Of a stretch of DNA of 63,939 nucleotides, positions 18,813 through 28,009 are shown piece by piece. The notes below the pieces were generated by a model. It saw only the letters and a program-made list of their open reading frames with translations, searched no databases and was not told where the DNA came from. The position numbers and the translations under genes were made by a program. The DNA is from Pseudobdellovibrionaceae bacterium (GTDB lineage: Bacteria; Bdellovibrionota; Bdellovibrionia; Bdellovibrionales; Bdellovibrionaceae): NCBI GenBank assembly GCA_041288045.1, contig JBGGMM010000167.1, forward strand, positions 1 to 63,939. The letters run 5' to 3'. Positions within the stretch are counted from its first letter, which is position 1. The number at the start of each line of letters is the position of its first letter.

Positions 18813-19703
18813 TCAGGTTTTATTAAGCCAATCAGAAAGGGCAACAAAGGCCCTCTCTTTTCCTAGCTCATTGAAGGACTCGTGGAAAAACCCGGGGAAG
18901 CTGGTTAAAACTTTTTTCTTTCCCTCTTTCATTTGCAGTTGCTTGAAAAACTGCAAGCAGGCCTTCCAGCTGACGATCTGATCGGCCAACGGGACAATCA
19001 CAAAAAGATTGTAAGCAAAGGGTCCCGAATTGTTTCGGGTTAAAGGCATTTCCTTCATCATGCTGACAAAAAACCGTGGAGTGACAAAATTGTGGTTCAA
19101 TTGATTTCCATGATAAGCCTTGGCCACTTCGGGATCATGAGAGATCAAATCTCCATTGAGCTCATTGCTCAATTTCAAAGATCCCAAAAGAGGCTCTACA
19201 AGCTCTCCAAAAAGACGTTTGAGCTTTGGAACCGGTAATGCCAAGTCCAAAAGTGGCGCTGACACCGTGACAGATTGCAAAGGCAAATTTGATTCTTTCA
19301 AAAGAGCGCGAAGAGTGATGAGACCACCGAGACTGTGCCCAAACCAATGGGCTTGCACAGAAGCATTCGAATTTTGTTTCATCCATTCAAAGGCCGCTTG
19401 AAAGCCATTCAAAACAGCTGTTGAATATTCGTCAAAATTTTCAATGTGCCCACGAACACCCAAAGACTTTCCATGTCCTGGCAGATCGACACAAATCACT
19501 GCATCGACGACACCTTGTAAGTAATGGGGAAAATGCTCGTAACGATCACTTTGCTCTGCCTGTCCATGGACAAGATAGAGAAAGCGTCCTTGGCTTAAAT
19601 CAGCTGAGCGATAAATTCGAAGAGAAATCGTCTTATTGGCAATGTCGATAAATTCGGTGGTCCAACCTGAAGGCAGCTTCGGAAAAAACGGAGAAGCCGC
19701 CAT
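18813..19703 (-). CDS. Alpha/beta hydrolase (lysophospholipase/monoacylglycerol-lipase-like)
   Basis: HG oxyanion motif (LYLVHGQAEQS) and nucleophile elbow GHSLGG. 296 aa. Confidence 0.8.
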   Translation of the reverse strand: MAASPFFPKLPSGWTTEFIDIANKTISLRIYRSADLSQGRFLYLVHGQAEQSDRYEHFPHYLQGVVDAVICVDLPGHGKSLGVRGHIENFDEYSTAVLNGFQAAFEWMKQNSNASVQAHWFGHSLGGLITLRALLKESNLPLQSVTVSAPLLDLALPVPKLKRLFGELVEPLLGSLKLSNELNGDLISHDPEVAKAYHGNQLNHNFVTPRFFVSMMKEMPLTRNNSGPFAYNLFVIVPLADQIVSWKACLQFFKQLQMKEGKKKVLTSFPGFFHESFNELGKERAFVALSDWLNKT

Positions 19704-19705
19704 TT

Positions 19706-20419
19706 CTATTTCTGGCCGTGGTAAATATAGGCCACGCCACCAGTCAGAGAATGAAAAGACATTTTAGAAAATGAATCTGACTTTTGCATCAGCGACAGAA
19801 AGTCCTGCTTGCAAGGAAAGGCAGCTGAAGATTTTTGCAAATACTGATAGGCATCCTTTTGCCCCGTCACCCAGCCACCCACCAATGGCAAAACTTTTTC
19901 GGAATAAAAATTAAAAAGAGGTGCAAACACAGGAAGATCCGCCTGACCAAATTCCAGAACCAAAACGGAGCCACCTGACTTTGTCACTCTGGCCATTTCT
20001 TTCAGTGCTTTGACGGGATCTGCGACATTTCGAATACCAAAAGAAATGCTCACCAAATCAAACTGAGCATCCGGATAGGGCAGATTCATCACATCTGCGG
20101 TTTCAAAAGTGATTTGTAAATTCTGGCTTTGAGCTTTGGCAGGAGCCGGGACCAGCATTTCTTGGCAGAAATCCGTACCCGTGACTTGGCCTGATGAACC
20201 GACGGCTTTTTTAAATTCAATTGCCAAATCACCAGTGCCGGTAGCGCAATCGAGAACTTTCATTCCCTCTCGGGCGCCTGAAAGTTTCACTAGTTTTTTT
20301 CTCCACAAATGATGAATCCCCATAGAAAGAACCGAATTGGCTCGGTCGTAATTTGATGCCACTTTGGCAAACATGGATCTGATTTTTTCTGGTTGGGGCG
20401 AATGCTTTTCAGGAGTCAT
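19706..20419 (-). CDS. ubiE: Demethylmenaquinone/ubiquinone C-methyltransferase
   Basis: YDRANSVLSMGIHHLWR and VLDCATGTGD SAM motifs. UbiE/MenG family length. Confidence 0.9.
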   Translation of the reverse strand: MTPEKHSPQPEKIRSMFAKVASNYDRANSVLSMGIHHLWRKKLVKLSGAREGMKVLDCATGTGDLAIEFKKAVGSSGQVTGTDFCQEMLVPAPAKAQSQNLQITFETADVMNLPYPDAQFDLVSISFGIRNVADPVKALKEMARVTKSGGSVLVLEFGQADLPVFAPLFNFYSEKVLPLVGGWVTGQKDAYQYLQKSSAAFPCKQDFLSLMQKSDSFSKMSFHSLTGGVAYIYHGQK

Positions 20420-21283
20420 TTAATTTTCCAATTGATTCAAAGGACGATCCAAAGCCTGCAGAACCCTCTCAAGCTTTTTCATCAAATTCTGAAAATCAGG
20501 AATGGTCAGGGCTTGAGGCCCATCCGAAAGAGCTTCGGCTGGACGAGGATGGACTTCAACAATAATTCCATCAGCGCCCGCAGCTGCCGCCGCCAATGCC
20601 AATTGTGGAACGAATTGCCGAACACCAATGGCATGTGAAGGATCCACAATCACTGGAAAGTGGGTCTTTTCTTTCACATAAATCACAGAATTCAAATCCA
20701 AAGTGTTTCGAGTCGAAGTTTCAAAAGTGCGAATGCCTCTTTCACACAAAACCACTTGATCATTGCCACCAATCGAAATGTATTCGGCAGCTTTGATCCA
20801 CTCGTCAACAAAAGCGGCAAACCCGCGCTTGAGCATCACAGGTTTTTTAGTCAAGCCCAGCTCTTTGAGAAGCGCATAGTTGTGCATATTTCGAGAGCCC
20901 ACTTGGTACATTTCAACGTAATCGTCCAAAAGGGCAATTTGACGAGGATCAGTGACTTCGCTGACCAATTTCATTTTTGTCTGATTGAGAATGTCTTTAA
21001 TAAACGCAAAAGCTTCATTGCCAAGGCCTTGAAAAGTCTGCGCGCTAGTTCGAAGTTTCCAAACCCCACCACGCAGAATCACAGCTCCTGCTGCTTTGAC
21101 GGCTCGGGCTGTCTCTTCGAATTGAGATTTGCTTTCAATTGAGCAGGGTCCCGCAATCACCGTGAATTCAGGTCCGCCAATAATGACAGAGCCCACCTGA
21201 ACAGGCTTTGTTATTTTCACTTGAGCCGACGGCGCGGCCCTGTGAGGATTCACAAGTGTATCCGTATCCACAGAAATTTTCAT
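20420..21283 (-). CDS. 3-deoxy-7-phosphoheptulonate (DAHP) synthase, class I-beta (KDO8PS-like)
   Basis: [27 protein letters not shown] and VDPSH motifs. The stop abuts the ubiE start. Confidence 0.85.
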   Translation of the reverse strand: MKISVDTDTLVNPHRAAPSAQVKITKPVQVGSVIIGGPEFTVIAGPCSIESKSQFEETARAVKAAGAVILRGGVWKLRTSAQTFQGLGNEAFAFIKDILNQTKMKLVSEVTDPRQIALLDDYVEMYQVGSRNMHNYALLKELGLTKKPVMLKRGFAAFVDEWIKAAEYISIGGNDQVVLCERGIRTFETSTRNTLDLNSVIYVKEKTHFPVIVDPSHAIGVRQFVPQLALAAAAAGADGIIVEVHPRPAEALSDGPQALTIPDFQNLMKKLERVLQALDRPLNQLEN

Positions 21284-21398
21284 ATCGGTTTGAGTCCACT
21301 TCCGCTATAAAAAGCAAGAGAACCTTTATACCACCAAAATCCCGTAGGGAAACGGAAAGAAGTGGTGAGAGGTTTCACTGTGTAAGAAGGCAAGGTCT

Positions 21399-22448
21399 AT
21401 GACGCAGGCAGAAATTAAATCCTTTCTCAAATCAGGCGCTTTGATCCGCCTCCCCTCTGGAAAGCTTCGTCTTTGGATGGGCCCATTTAAAGCTTGTGAG
21501 CCTGGAAAAGAGCAAGTCTTTTCAATAGCTTGCATGGAGTTTTTTGGCGGTCAGCCCGAATTTTTCGAAAGCTCTCAGCCAGTGATCGAAACTGAAGTTT
21601 CCACTCTAAGAGCTCTTCTGCAAGAACAGATCACTGAAGCTCCCTTGGCAGCCTCTAGCTTTTTTCAGCCGTCTTTTGAAAAATTTCAGGAATCCTTTCA
21701 AACCATTCAAGGGAAAATTCATCGCGGGGAAATCGAGAAGGCTTTGCCTGTGGTTTTCGCAGAATGCCCAGTGATTCCAAGCCCCAGTCAGAGAGCCAGC
21801 ATGTTGGCTCAGGCATTAGAAGCTCATCCCCAGCTCTATGTTTTTGGATTCTGGAATGAAGCTTCTGGGATTTTGGGAGCCACTCCGGAAATTCTATTTC
21901 ATTTGAAAGGCAAATCTCTCAAGACCATGGCGCTTGCGGGAACTCATCCGCGAGCTGAAGAAAAAGACCTGCTTCGAAATCCCAAAGAGCTCAAAGAGCA
22001 TCAATTGGTTGTTCAGGATCTCAAAGAGAAGCTGGAAAAATTAGGTTGGGTCAAAATTGGTGAAACCCATGTCGCTGAATATGGGATTCTTTCGCACCTT
22101 AAAACCGATATCGAAGTTGAAATTTCAGATGTGTCGATCCAAGAACTGCTCAAGCGGTTACATCCGACAGCCGCTTTGGGGGTTTACCCTCGAAACTACG
22201 GCATTCAGTGGATGAAAGCACTTCCCTATCAAGAGCAACGCGGCCTTTTTGGTGGTCCGGTGGTTTTTCCAATTTCAAGAACTGAGTCTTTGGCCTTAGT
22301 CGCAATTCGCTGCCTGCAGTGGAATGAAAACGGCTCACAGATCGGTACCGGTTGCGGGATTGTTGAAGCCAGTGATTTGCATCGCGAATGGAAAGAATTG
22401 GCCCTCAAGCGAGAATCCGTGATGAAGGTCTTGGGACTTTCAATATGA
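21399..22448 (+). CDS. menF: Isochorismate synthase
   Basis: Chorismate-binding C-terminal motifs (LHPTAALGVYP, GLFGGPV, GCGIV). Followed by menD-menH with ATGA overlaps. Confidence 0.82.
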   Translation: MTQAEIKSFLKSGALIRLPSGKLRLWMGPFKACEPGKEQVFSIACMEFFGGQPEFFESSQPVIETEVSTLRALLQEQITEAPLAASSFFQPSFEKFQESFQTIQGKIHRGEIEKALPVVFAECPVIPSPSQRASMLAQALEAHPQLYVFGFWNEASGILGATPEILFHLKGKSLKTMALAGTHPRAEEKDLLRNPKELKEHQLVVQDLKEKLEKLGWVKIGETHVAEYGILSHLKTDIEVEISDVSIQELLKRLHPTAALGVYPRNYGIQWMKALPYQEQRGLFGGPVVFPISRTESLALVAIRCLQWNENGSQIGTGCGIVEASDLHREWKELALKRESVMKVLGLSI

Positions 22449-23986
22449 ACATTGCCTTGGCCGAAAAAGTCTTGCGAGCTCTCAAATCGCAAGGAGTGAA
22501 AGACATTCTTCTCTGCGCTGGAGCAAGAAATTCCCCTTTGGTGGTGCTTTTAGAAAAAGCCAAAGGTTTTCAAATTCTCAATTTTTTCGAAGAAAGATCC
22601 GCTGGTTTTTTCGCTTTGGGAAGAGCGCAAAGAGATCAAAGACCCGTTGCCATTATCACAACGTCTGGAACTGCAGTGGCAGAACTTCTTCCCGCGGCAG
22701 TAGAGGCCACTTACACTTCAACGCCTTTGATTTTTGTAACAGCTGATCGCCCTCGCAGTTACAGAGGAACAGGGGCGCCTCAGAGCATCGATCAAGTCGG
22801 GATTTTTTTTAAATATGTGGAAACCTGTGTGGACATTGCGCATATCAGTGAAGAGTTGGATCTTTCTCTTTGGACAAGGGCAGCTCCTTTGCAGATCAAT
22901 GTCTGTTTTGATGAGCCCTTGATGGATTCGGAAATTGCTCCTCTGAATTTTTCTGATTCGGAAGTGCTGCCTTCTCGATTGCCAGCTCTAAAGCCCCAGC
23001 AGACTCAGGTTCTGAATCAACCTTTGGTGATTGCTGGGCCACTTTCGGAGCAAGAGGCAAAAATTGCGGCTCCTTTTCTCGAAAAATTAGGCGCTCCCAT
23101 TTACGCTGAAGCGCTTTCCAATCTTCGGGCCGAGCCTTCTTTGCAATCGCTTTTTCTCAAATCCGGCGATGGAATTGTGCGGGAGCTTTTCGTTCAAGGC
23201 CATTGTCAAAGTGTGTTCCGAATAGGCGGAGTTCCCACTGTCAGATTTTGGCGGGATTTGGAAGAAAGTTTTCAATTGATTCCTGTCGCCTCGGTTGCCA
23301 ATTCGGATTACAAGGGTCTGAGCCGAAGCGTTCGGCACATTGTGGGGTTTGAGAATTTGCATTTGGTGAAATCTCAGTGGGCCAAAGATCCTCGATCAGA
23401 GATTTTTCAAATCGATCGCGAAAGAAAGCAGAGCTTTCAAAACCTGCTTCAGAAATTTCCTAAATCCGAAGTGGCGCTCTTGTCTTTTCTATCTGCCGAG
23501 ATCGGAGCTTCTTTTACCTATCTGGGAAACAGCTTGCCAATTCGTGAATGGGATTTGGTCTGTCCCTTTGGCAAAGAGCTTGGCAGACAGAGCGGCAACC
23601 GAGGTGCTAATGGTATCGACGGGCAGATCTCAAGCTTTCTTGGCGGAGCACAAACCGCGACTGAGAACTGGGCTCTTTTAGGGGACCTCACCACACTGTA
23701 TGATCTTTCAGCGCCTTGGATTAGCTCCCAATTGAATTCGATGAAGCTGAGACTGGTGGTTATCAACAACCAAGGCGGACAGATTTTCAAATCGATTTTT
23801 GGCAAAGATATTTTTCTCAATCGTCACCAGATTGAATTTTCTCACTGGGCCAAAATGTGGGATTGGGATTATCAAAAATGGACAGAAATTCCCGAAAAGA
23901 AAAATCTCTCTGATCGGATTGTGATTGAGCTTTGCCCAGATCCAGATCAGAGCCACTCTTTCTGGCAGGAGCTACGCTCGCGATGA
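22445..23986 (+). CDS. menD: SEPHCHC synthase (2-succinyl-5-enolpyruvyl-6-hydroxy-3-cyclohexene-1-carboxylate synthase)
   Basis: ThDP-enzyme N-terminus (LCAGARNSPL, ERSAGFFALG, TSGTAVAELLPA). C-terminal ThDP motif GDLT...NNQGG. Start trimmed to ATG 22445 (ATGA overlap with the menF stop). Confidence 0.88.
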   Translation: MNIALAEKVLRALKSQGVKDILLCAGARNSPLVVLLEKAKGFQILNFFEERSAGFFALGRAQRDQRPVAIITTSGTAVAELLPAAVEATYTSTPLIFVTADRPRSYRGTGAPQSIDQVGIFFKYVETCVDIAHISEELDLSLWTRAAPLQINVCFDEPLMDSEIAPLNFSDSEVLPSRLPALKPQQTQVLNQPLVIAGPLSEQEAKIAAPFLEKLGAPIYAEALSNLRAEPSLQSLFLKSGDGIVRELFVQGHCQSVFRIGGVPTVRFWRDLEESFQLIPVASVANSDYKGLSRSVRHIVGFENLHLVKSQWAKDPRSEIFQIDRERKQSFQNLLQKFPKSEVALLSFLSAEIGASFTYLGNSLPIREWDLVCPFGKELGRQSGNRGANGIDGQISSFLGGAQTATENWALLGDLTTLYDLSAPWISSQLNSMKLRLVVINNQGGQIFKSIFGKDIFLNRHQIEFSHWAKMWDWDYQKWTEIPEKKNLSDRIVIELCPDPDQSHSFWQELRSR

Positions 23987-24720
23987 CGATCTGGGCACTG
24001 CATGGCTTCTTAGGGCTTCCCTCGGACTTTGATTCTCTGAAAGAGAATCTTGGAAAATCTCGGGCCGATTTGAAATGGCATGTTCCTGATTATCTTCACA
24101 CCCGCGAGCTTTCATCGATGAACAGCCTCGGTGATTGGGGACTTCAGTTCAATCAATGGGTGATGAGCAAAGAACCTCAATCAACAGAAAGAATTCTTTT
24201 GGGTTATTCGCAAGGGGGGCGTCTGTGCCTCCAGGCATTCAAACAAAATCCTGGTCTGTGGAAGGGGCTCATTCTTTTATCTGTTAATCCAGGCATTCGG
24301 TCTGGAGAAAAACCAGTCCGATTGAAGTCCGATCAAGAATGGGCAGCTCGCTTTTTAAATGAAAAATTTGATCGGGTCGTTCAAGACTGGAATTCACAAG
24401 CCGTTTTCAAAGGCTCACAGATGGAACCTCTTCGCAAAGAATCCAATTACAATCGTCATCAATTAGCTGATGCATTGGTCAACTGGTCCGTGGCCAATCA
24501 AGAAGATTTCCGGAATCTCCTTTCGACCACACAAACTCCGATTTTTTACATCGCAGGCGAAAATGACCACAAGTACCGGCAAATTGGAGAAACTCTTCAT
24601 GTGCTGAATCCAAAAATTTATTTTCAAGCACTTAAGAATTCAGGGCATCGAGTGTTGTTTGATCAGCCTGTGAGTCTTGCTACAGTCATGGGTGATTGGT
24701 TGAATAGCTATTGTAAATGA
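23983..24720 (+). CDS. menH: SHCHC synthase, alpha/beta hydrolase
   Basis: LHGFLG and GYSQGG nucleophile elbow; position after menD. Start trimmed to ATG 23983 (ATGA overlap). Confidence 0.78.
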   Translation: MTIWALHGFLGLPSDFDSLKENLGKSRADLKWHVPDYLHTRELSSMNSLGDWGLQFNQWVMSKEPQSTERILLGYSQGGRLCLQAFKQNPGLWKGLILLSVNPGIRSGEKPVRLKSDQEWAARFLNEKFDRVVQDWNSQAVFKGSQMEPLRKESNYNRHQLADALVNWSVANQEDFRNLLSTTQTPIFYIAGENDHKYRQIGETLHVLNPKIYFQALKNSGHRVLFDQPVSLATVMGDWLNSYCK

Positions 24721-24740
24721 AGGTCGAGTCTTTGCCTGAT

Positions 24741-24866
24741 CGTGAACGTCCGTGTCCGTCTTTTCTGGAAATTCGGCCATCCGCCGACAGTCATCGTCCA
24801 GCTTCGCCTCCGCGGCTCCAGGCCTCACCCCTTCGGGGCTCGCCTTCGGCGAGTTTCCAGAAAACC
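24741..24866. repeat. GC-rich (~70%) hairpin-dense intergenic element bounded by an 11-nt inverted repeat
   Basis: TTTTCTGGAAA (24761-24771) pairs with TTTCCAGAAAA (24854-24864). Internal short GC stems have TTCG-containing loops (24828-24838, 24839-24853). GTGTCCGTC (24752-24760) and CATCGTCC (24792-24799) motifs are shared with the 31.2-kb element. Confidence 0.55.
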
Positions 24867-24901
24867 TAAAATAGAAATGCAGCAGAGCTGATCATGGGGT
24901 T

Positions 24902-24932
24902 TTGGTTACTCACATGAATGTTAAGTTATAAT
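24902..24932 (+). promoter_or_regulatory. Candidate sigma70-type promoter (perfect TATAAT, weak -35)
   Basis: TATAAT at 24927-24932. TTGGTT/GGTTAC lies 17-19 nt upstream. No + strand CDS downstream, only a terminator-like hairpin about 40 nt away. Confidence 0.2.
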
Positions 24933-24970
24933 GCTACATTCAAGGGAGTAGCTGATCGAACCAATCCACA

Positions 24971-25001
24971 GCGGCGTTCAGAAAACGCTGCGGCATTTTT
25001 T
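24971..25001 (+). terminator. Rho-independent terminator-like hairpin plus T-tract
   Basis: GCGGCGTT (24971-24978) pairs with AACGCTGC (24984-24991), including one G-U; 5-nt loop; then GGCATTTTTT (T6 at 24996-25001). It lies 250 nt after the menH stop. Confidence 0.5.
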
Positions 25002-25127
25002 CGACGAATTGTTTTCATCTTTTTGAACTGCCAATCAGGAAGATCGGCAGTCCGGGGGTTCGGGGCAGACCTGCCCCGATTGCATGGACGCTGACACTGC
25101 ATGATTATTCCCGAACGTTAGAGGCTC

Positions 25128-25967
25128 TTATGGATGACCAGGAATCGGTTCCATTGGTACAAAATCTTTTGAATTCAATGATTTTGCGGATTCTTTCAGA
25201 AATTCGATACTTCCAGGAACTGAAGTGAAAACGGCTCCTTCAAGGCAAGTTTGTCCACCTTGTAGAGTTTCTGAACGGCTTGTGACGCCGATAACGAAAA
25301 GCTTATCATTGATTTTAGTGTAAATGGGACCGCCAGAATCTCCATGGCAAACACCCTGTCCATGTTGAAAATCGACAAGGAACTCAGTTTCTGAATAATG
25401 AGAATTGGTCAATTTTACATCCGCTTTCAAAAGTTTTTTGGGATCTTCCATAGGCGCCATGCTGGTCAGGCCATAGCCAGCCAGTTCAATGTCAGCCTGA
25501 TCTTTCAAGTTCTCCATACTTCCCAACAGCCGAACAGGTTGATACCCAGCTGGAGCACTTGACTCAAATCGGAGAAGCGCAACGTCTCCCCAGTTGAATT
25601 CTTCGTCATCAGCAAGTGCCACCCAGCGTTCAGTCACTCGGCCACCTAAGACGCGACGAACTTCTAAGCTTTCAGACTCAAGATCCAAACCAAAAACAAT
25701 TCTCAATAAAGAGGGACGCAACCCGGAGACACAGTGGGCAGCCGTCAGAACCAAATTGGGTGCGACCAATGTTCCTGTGCAAACCACGCCCTGACCTAAC
25801 ATAGCCAAGCCAACAGTTGATTTTGCGATTTCCTCTGAAAATGCAACGGCCTCACCCCCAACAATGGAAGGATCGGAGGAGTCTGTATTCGAATGATAAG
25901 ATTGATTCGCTGAGCAAGCGCAAAGCACTAGAAACATTGAAAGTGTCAGAGAATGTAATCTATTCAT
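25128..25967 (-). CDS. Secreted trypsin-like serine protease (S1 family)
   Basis: IVGGE mature N-terminus, LTAAHC (His), DVALL (Asp), GDSGGP (Ser). Signal/lipobox LVLCACS. Confidence 0.9.
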   Translation of the reverse strand: MNRLHSLTLSMFLVLCACSANQSYHSNTDSSDPSIVGGEAVAFSEEIAKSTVGLAMLGQGVVCTGTLVAPNLVLTAAHCVSGLRPSLLRIVFGLDLESESLEVRRVLGGRVTERWVALADDEEFNWGDVALLRFESSAPAGYQPVRLLGSMENLKDQADIELAGYGLTSMAPMEDPKKLLKADVKLTNSHYSETEFLVDFQHGQGVCHGDSGGPIYTKINDKLFVIGVTSRSETLQGGQTCLEGAVFTSVPGSIEFLKESAKSLNSKDFVPMEPIPGHP

Positions 25968-26001
25968 AAGGCCCCCGCCACAGTGGTGGTTATAGCATGG
26001 T

Positions 26002-26853
26002 TCAATGGAAAGCTGTTGAAGACTTTAAAAAAGTCAGAGTTTTTGAAATATAATCCACATGGGCAGCAACGCTTGTGGAAACGCTGAGGCTATCACAGCG
26101 CTCATCGCTTCCACGGCTTGTCACACCAATCAGAGTGAGTTGTCCGTTGATTCGAGCATAGGCAGGTCCACCTGAATCACCCTGGCAAGTTGAAACTTTT
26201 GATGGCGGAAGCTCAAAGAGAAGTTCAGAGCCTTCGTGCTTTCCATCCGTCAAAACAGAGTCAGCCCGACGGAGAACTCCTGAATCATCTTCAACTGCGT
26301 GTTGTCCTTCTGGAGAAGTGATTCCATATCCGGCAAACACCACAGACAAACCCTTTGTCAGTTGAGAAACATCAGTCAATCGGGATGCTGGCTTATAGCC
26401 TTCTGGAAGTGGGCCTTCGAATTTCACGAGACCAATATCATTCCAGCCACCTTGACCGGGCTCACGAGGGCTAAATTGAGGATGAATGGAAATTTTTACG
26501 AAAGGGCGAGCCACTTTTGCGTCGGCCTTTGTCATATCAGTAGCAAAAACAACAGCACCACCACGGATGGCACTTACAGTTCCGTCTTCTTCGAAATTCA
26601 CCAAGCAGTGAGCTGCTGTGATGACAATATTTTCTTCAATGAGAGTTCCAGTGCAAATAGCAGAATTAGAAGATTCATCGACTAAAATAAGCAATCCAAC
26701 AGTTGAAACTGCAGTTTCGTCTTTTGCGTCGACTTCTTGTCCACCGACGACACCTGTTGAAAGTTCGCCTTGGTAGGTAGGGGCTTGTCGTTGACTGCAA
26801 GCTGTGAGCGATAGGAGCAAAGCTGCTACTGCGAAAAGATTTTTAGATATCAT
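26002..26853 (-). CDS. Secreted trypsin-like serine protease (S1 family), tandem paralog
   Basis: VVGGQ, ITAAHC, NDIGLV, GDSGGP. Start trimmed to ATG 26853 (MISKNLFAVAALLLSLTAC lipobox, G-rich SD upstream). The track's 44-aa extension has no signal-peptide character. Confidence 0.88.
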   Translation of the reverse strand: MISKNLFAVAALLLSLTACSQRQAPTYQGELSTGVVGGQEVDAKDETAVSTVGLLILVDESSNSAICTGTLIEENIVITAAHCLVNFEEDGTVSAIRGGAVVFATDMTKADAKVARPFVKISIHPQFSPREPGQGGWNDIGLVKFEGPLPEGYKPASRLTDVSQLTKGLSVVFAGYGITSPEGQHAVEDDSGVLRRADSVLTDGKHEGSELLFELPPSKVSTCQGDSGGPAYARINGQLTLIGVTSRGSDERCDSLSVSTSVAAHVDYISKTLTFLKSSTAFH

Positions 26854-27056
26854 AAATCCCCCCCGGGATGTCCCTGACTCCAATTGAGGAGGGGGCTTGT
26901 GGCCCCCTCTTCCCCCTCTGAAGCCTTCAAAATCCACGGAGTCATTGTGGTTTCGAAGCCTTGTTAAGAATTTGTGTCTTAACAATTGGGTGCAATAAAC
27001 ATCGCCGACCCAGGTTAAGGCAAAGACATTCTTTTGATTTGGGCCATAAGAAAGTC

Positions 27057-28007
27057 TTATGGAAAATGCTTAAATTCCTCAGTGGTTCTAATGAGAGCAG
27101 AGCGAATTCCAGGCTCAGAAGCCGCATGCCCAGCATCGGAGACAATTTCAAGCTGAGCTTCGGGCCAAGCTCTGTGTAGATCCCAAGCACTTCGTGCGGG
27201 ACAAACGACATCGTAACGGCCCTGAATGATCTTTCCTGGAATTTTTCGAATGCGATCGATGTTTTCGATAAGATAATTTTGAGTTGGGAAAAAGGCATTG
27301 TTCATAAAGTAATGACATTCGATTCGGGCAAAGGGGAGCGCTCGTTCTGCTTCTTCAAATTCTTCAACAGCATTTGGCTTTGCTAACAAATATGAGGTTC
27401 CGCCTTCCCATTTGCTCCAGGCACGGGCGGCTTGCAGTTGCAGTTTTTGATCCGAACTGGTCAAGCGCTTGTAATAGGCGGCCACCAAATTGGATCTCTC
27501 CTCAACAGGAATTGGTTTTAAATACTCTTCCCAAAGATCGGGGAAAAGTTGGCTTGCTCCCTCTTGATAAAACCAATGAATTTCAGATGGGCGACAGAGA
27601 AAAATCCCGCGTAAAATCAAAGCTGTCACTTGCTGAGGGTGGTTGATCGCGTAGCTCAATGCCAATGTTGAGCCCCAGCTTCCACCGAAAACATGCCATT
27701 TTTCGATTCCTAAATGGGAGCGCAATTTCTCAATATCATTGACCAGATCCCAAGTGGTGTTTTCACGAAGCTCAGCAAAGGGAGTGCTTTGACCACAGCC
27801 TCTTTGATCAAACAGGACAATTCGGTAAAATTGAGGGTCAAAGTAGCGGCGATGATCGGTGTTGATGCCGCCACCAGGGCCACCGTGTAAAAAAACGATG
27901 GGCTTGCCTTTTGGATTTCCAACCTGCTCATAGTAAATTTCATGGAGGTCAGAGACTTTGAGACGTCCGCTTTGATAAGCTTCGATTTCAGGAAAAAATT
28001 CGATCAT
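27057..28007 (-). CDS. pip: Prolyl aminopeptidase (proline iminopeptidase)
   Basis: FLHGGPGGG, GGSWGSTL nucleophile elbow and C-terminal AGH. Start trimmed to ATG 28007, 2 nt after the add stop. Confidence 0.88.
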   Translation of the reverse strand: MIEFFPEIEAYQSGRLKVSDLHEIYYEQVGNPKGKPIVFLHGGPGGGINTDHRRYFDPQFYRIVLFDQRGCGQSTPFAELRENTTWDLVNDIEKLRSHLGIEKWHVFGGSWGSTLALSYAINHPQQVTALILRGIFLCRPSEIHWFYQEGASQLFPDLWEEYLKPIPVEERSNLVAAYYKRLTSSDQKLQLQAARAWSKWEGGTSYLLAKPNAVEEFEEAERALPFARIECHYFMNNAFFPTQNYLIENIDRIRKIPGKIIQGRYDVVCPARSAWDLHRAWPEAQLEIVSDAGHAASEPGIRSALIRTTEEFKHFP

Positions 28008-28009
28008 AT

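Noticed and set aside
25048-25078. CAGTCCGGG and a GC hairpin reminiscent of the RNase P P4 region (AAGUCCGGGC)
   Set aside because: Only a 7-8-nt resemblance. The surrounding ~400 nt lack the other universally conserved RNase P blocks, and the spacer is too short and AT-rich on one side. It is probably just a hairpin downstream of the protease gene.
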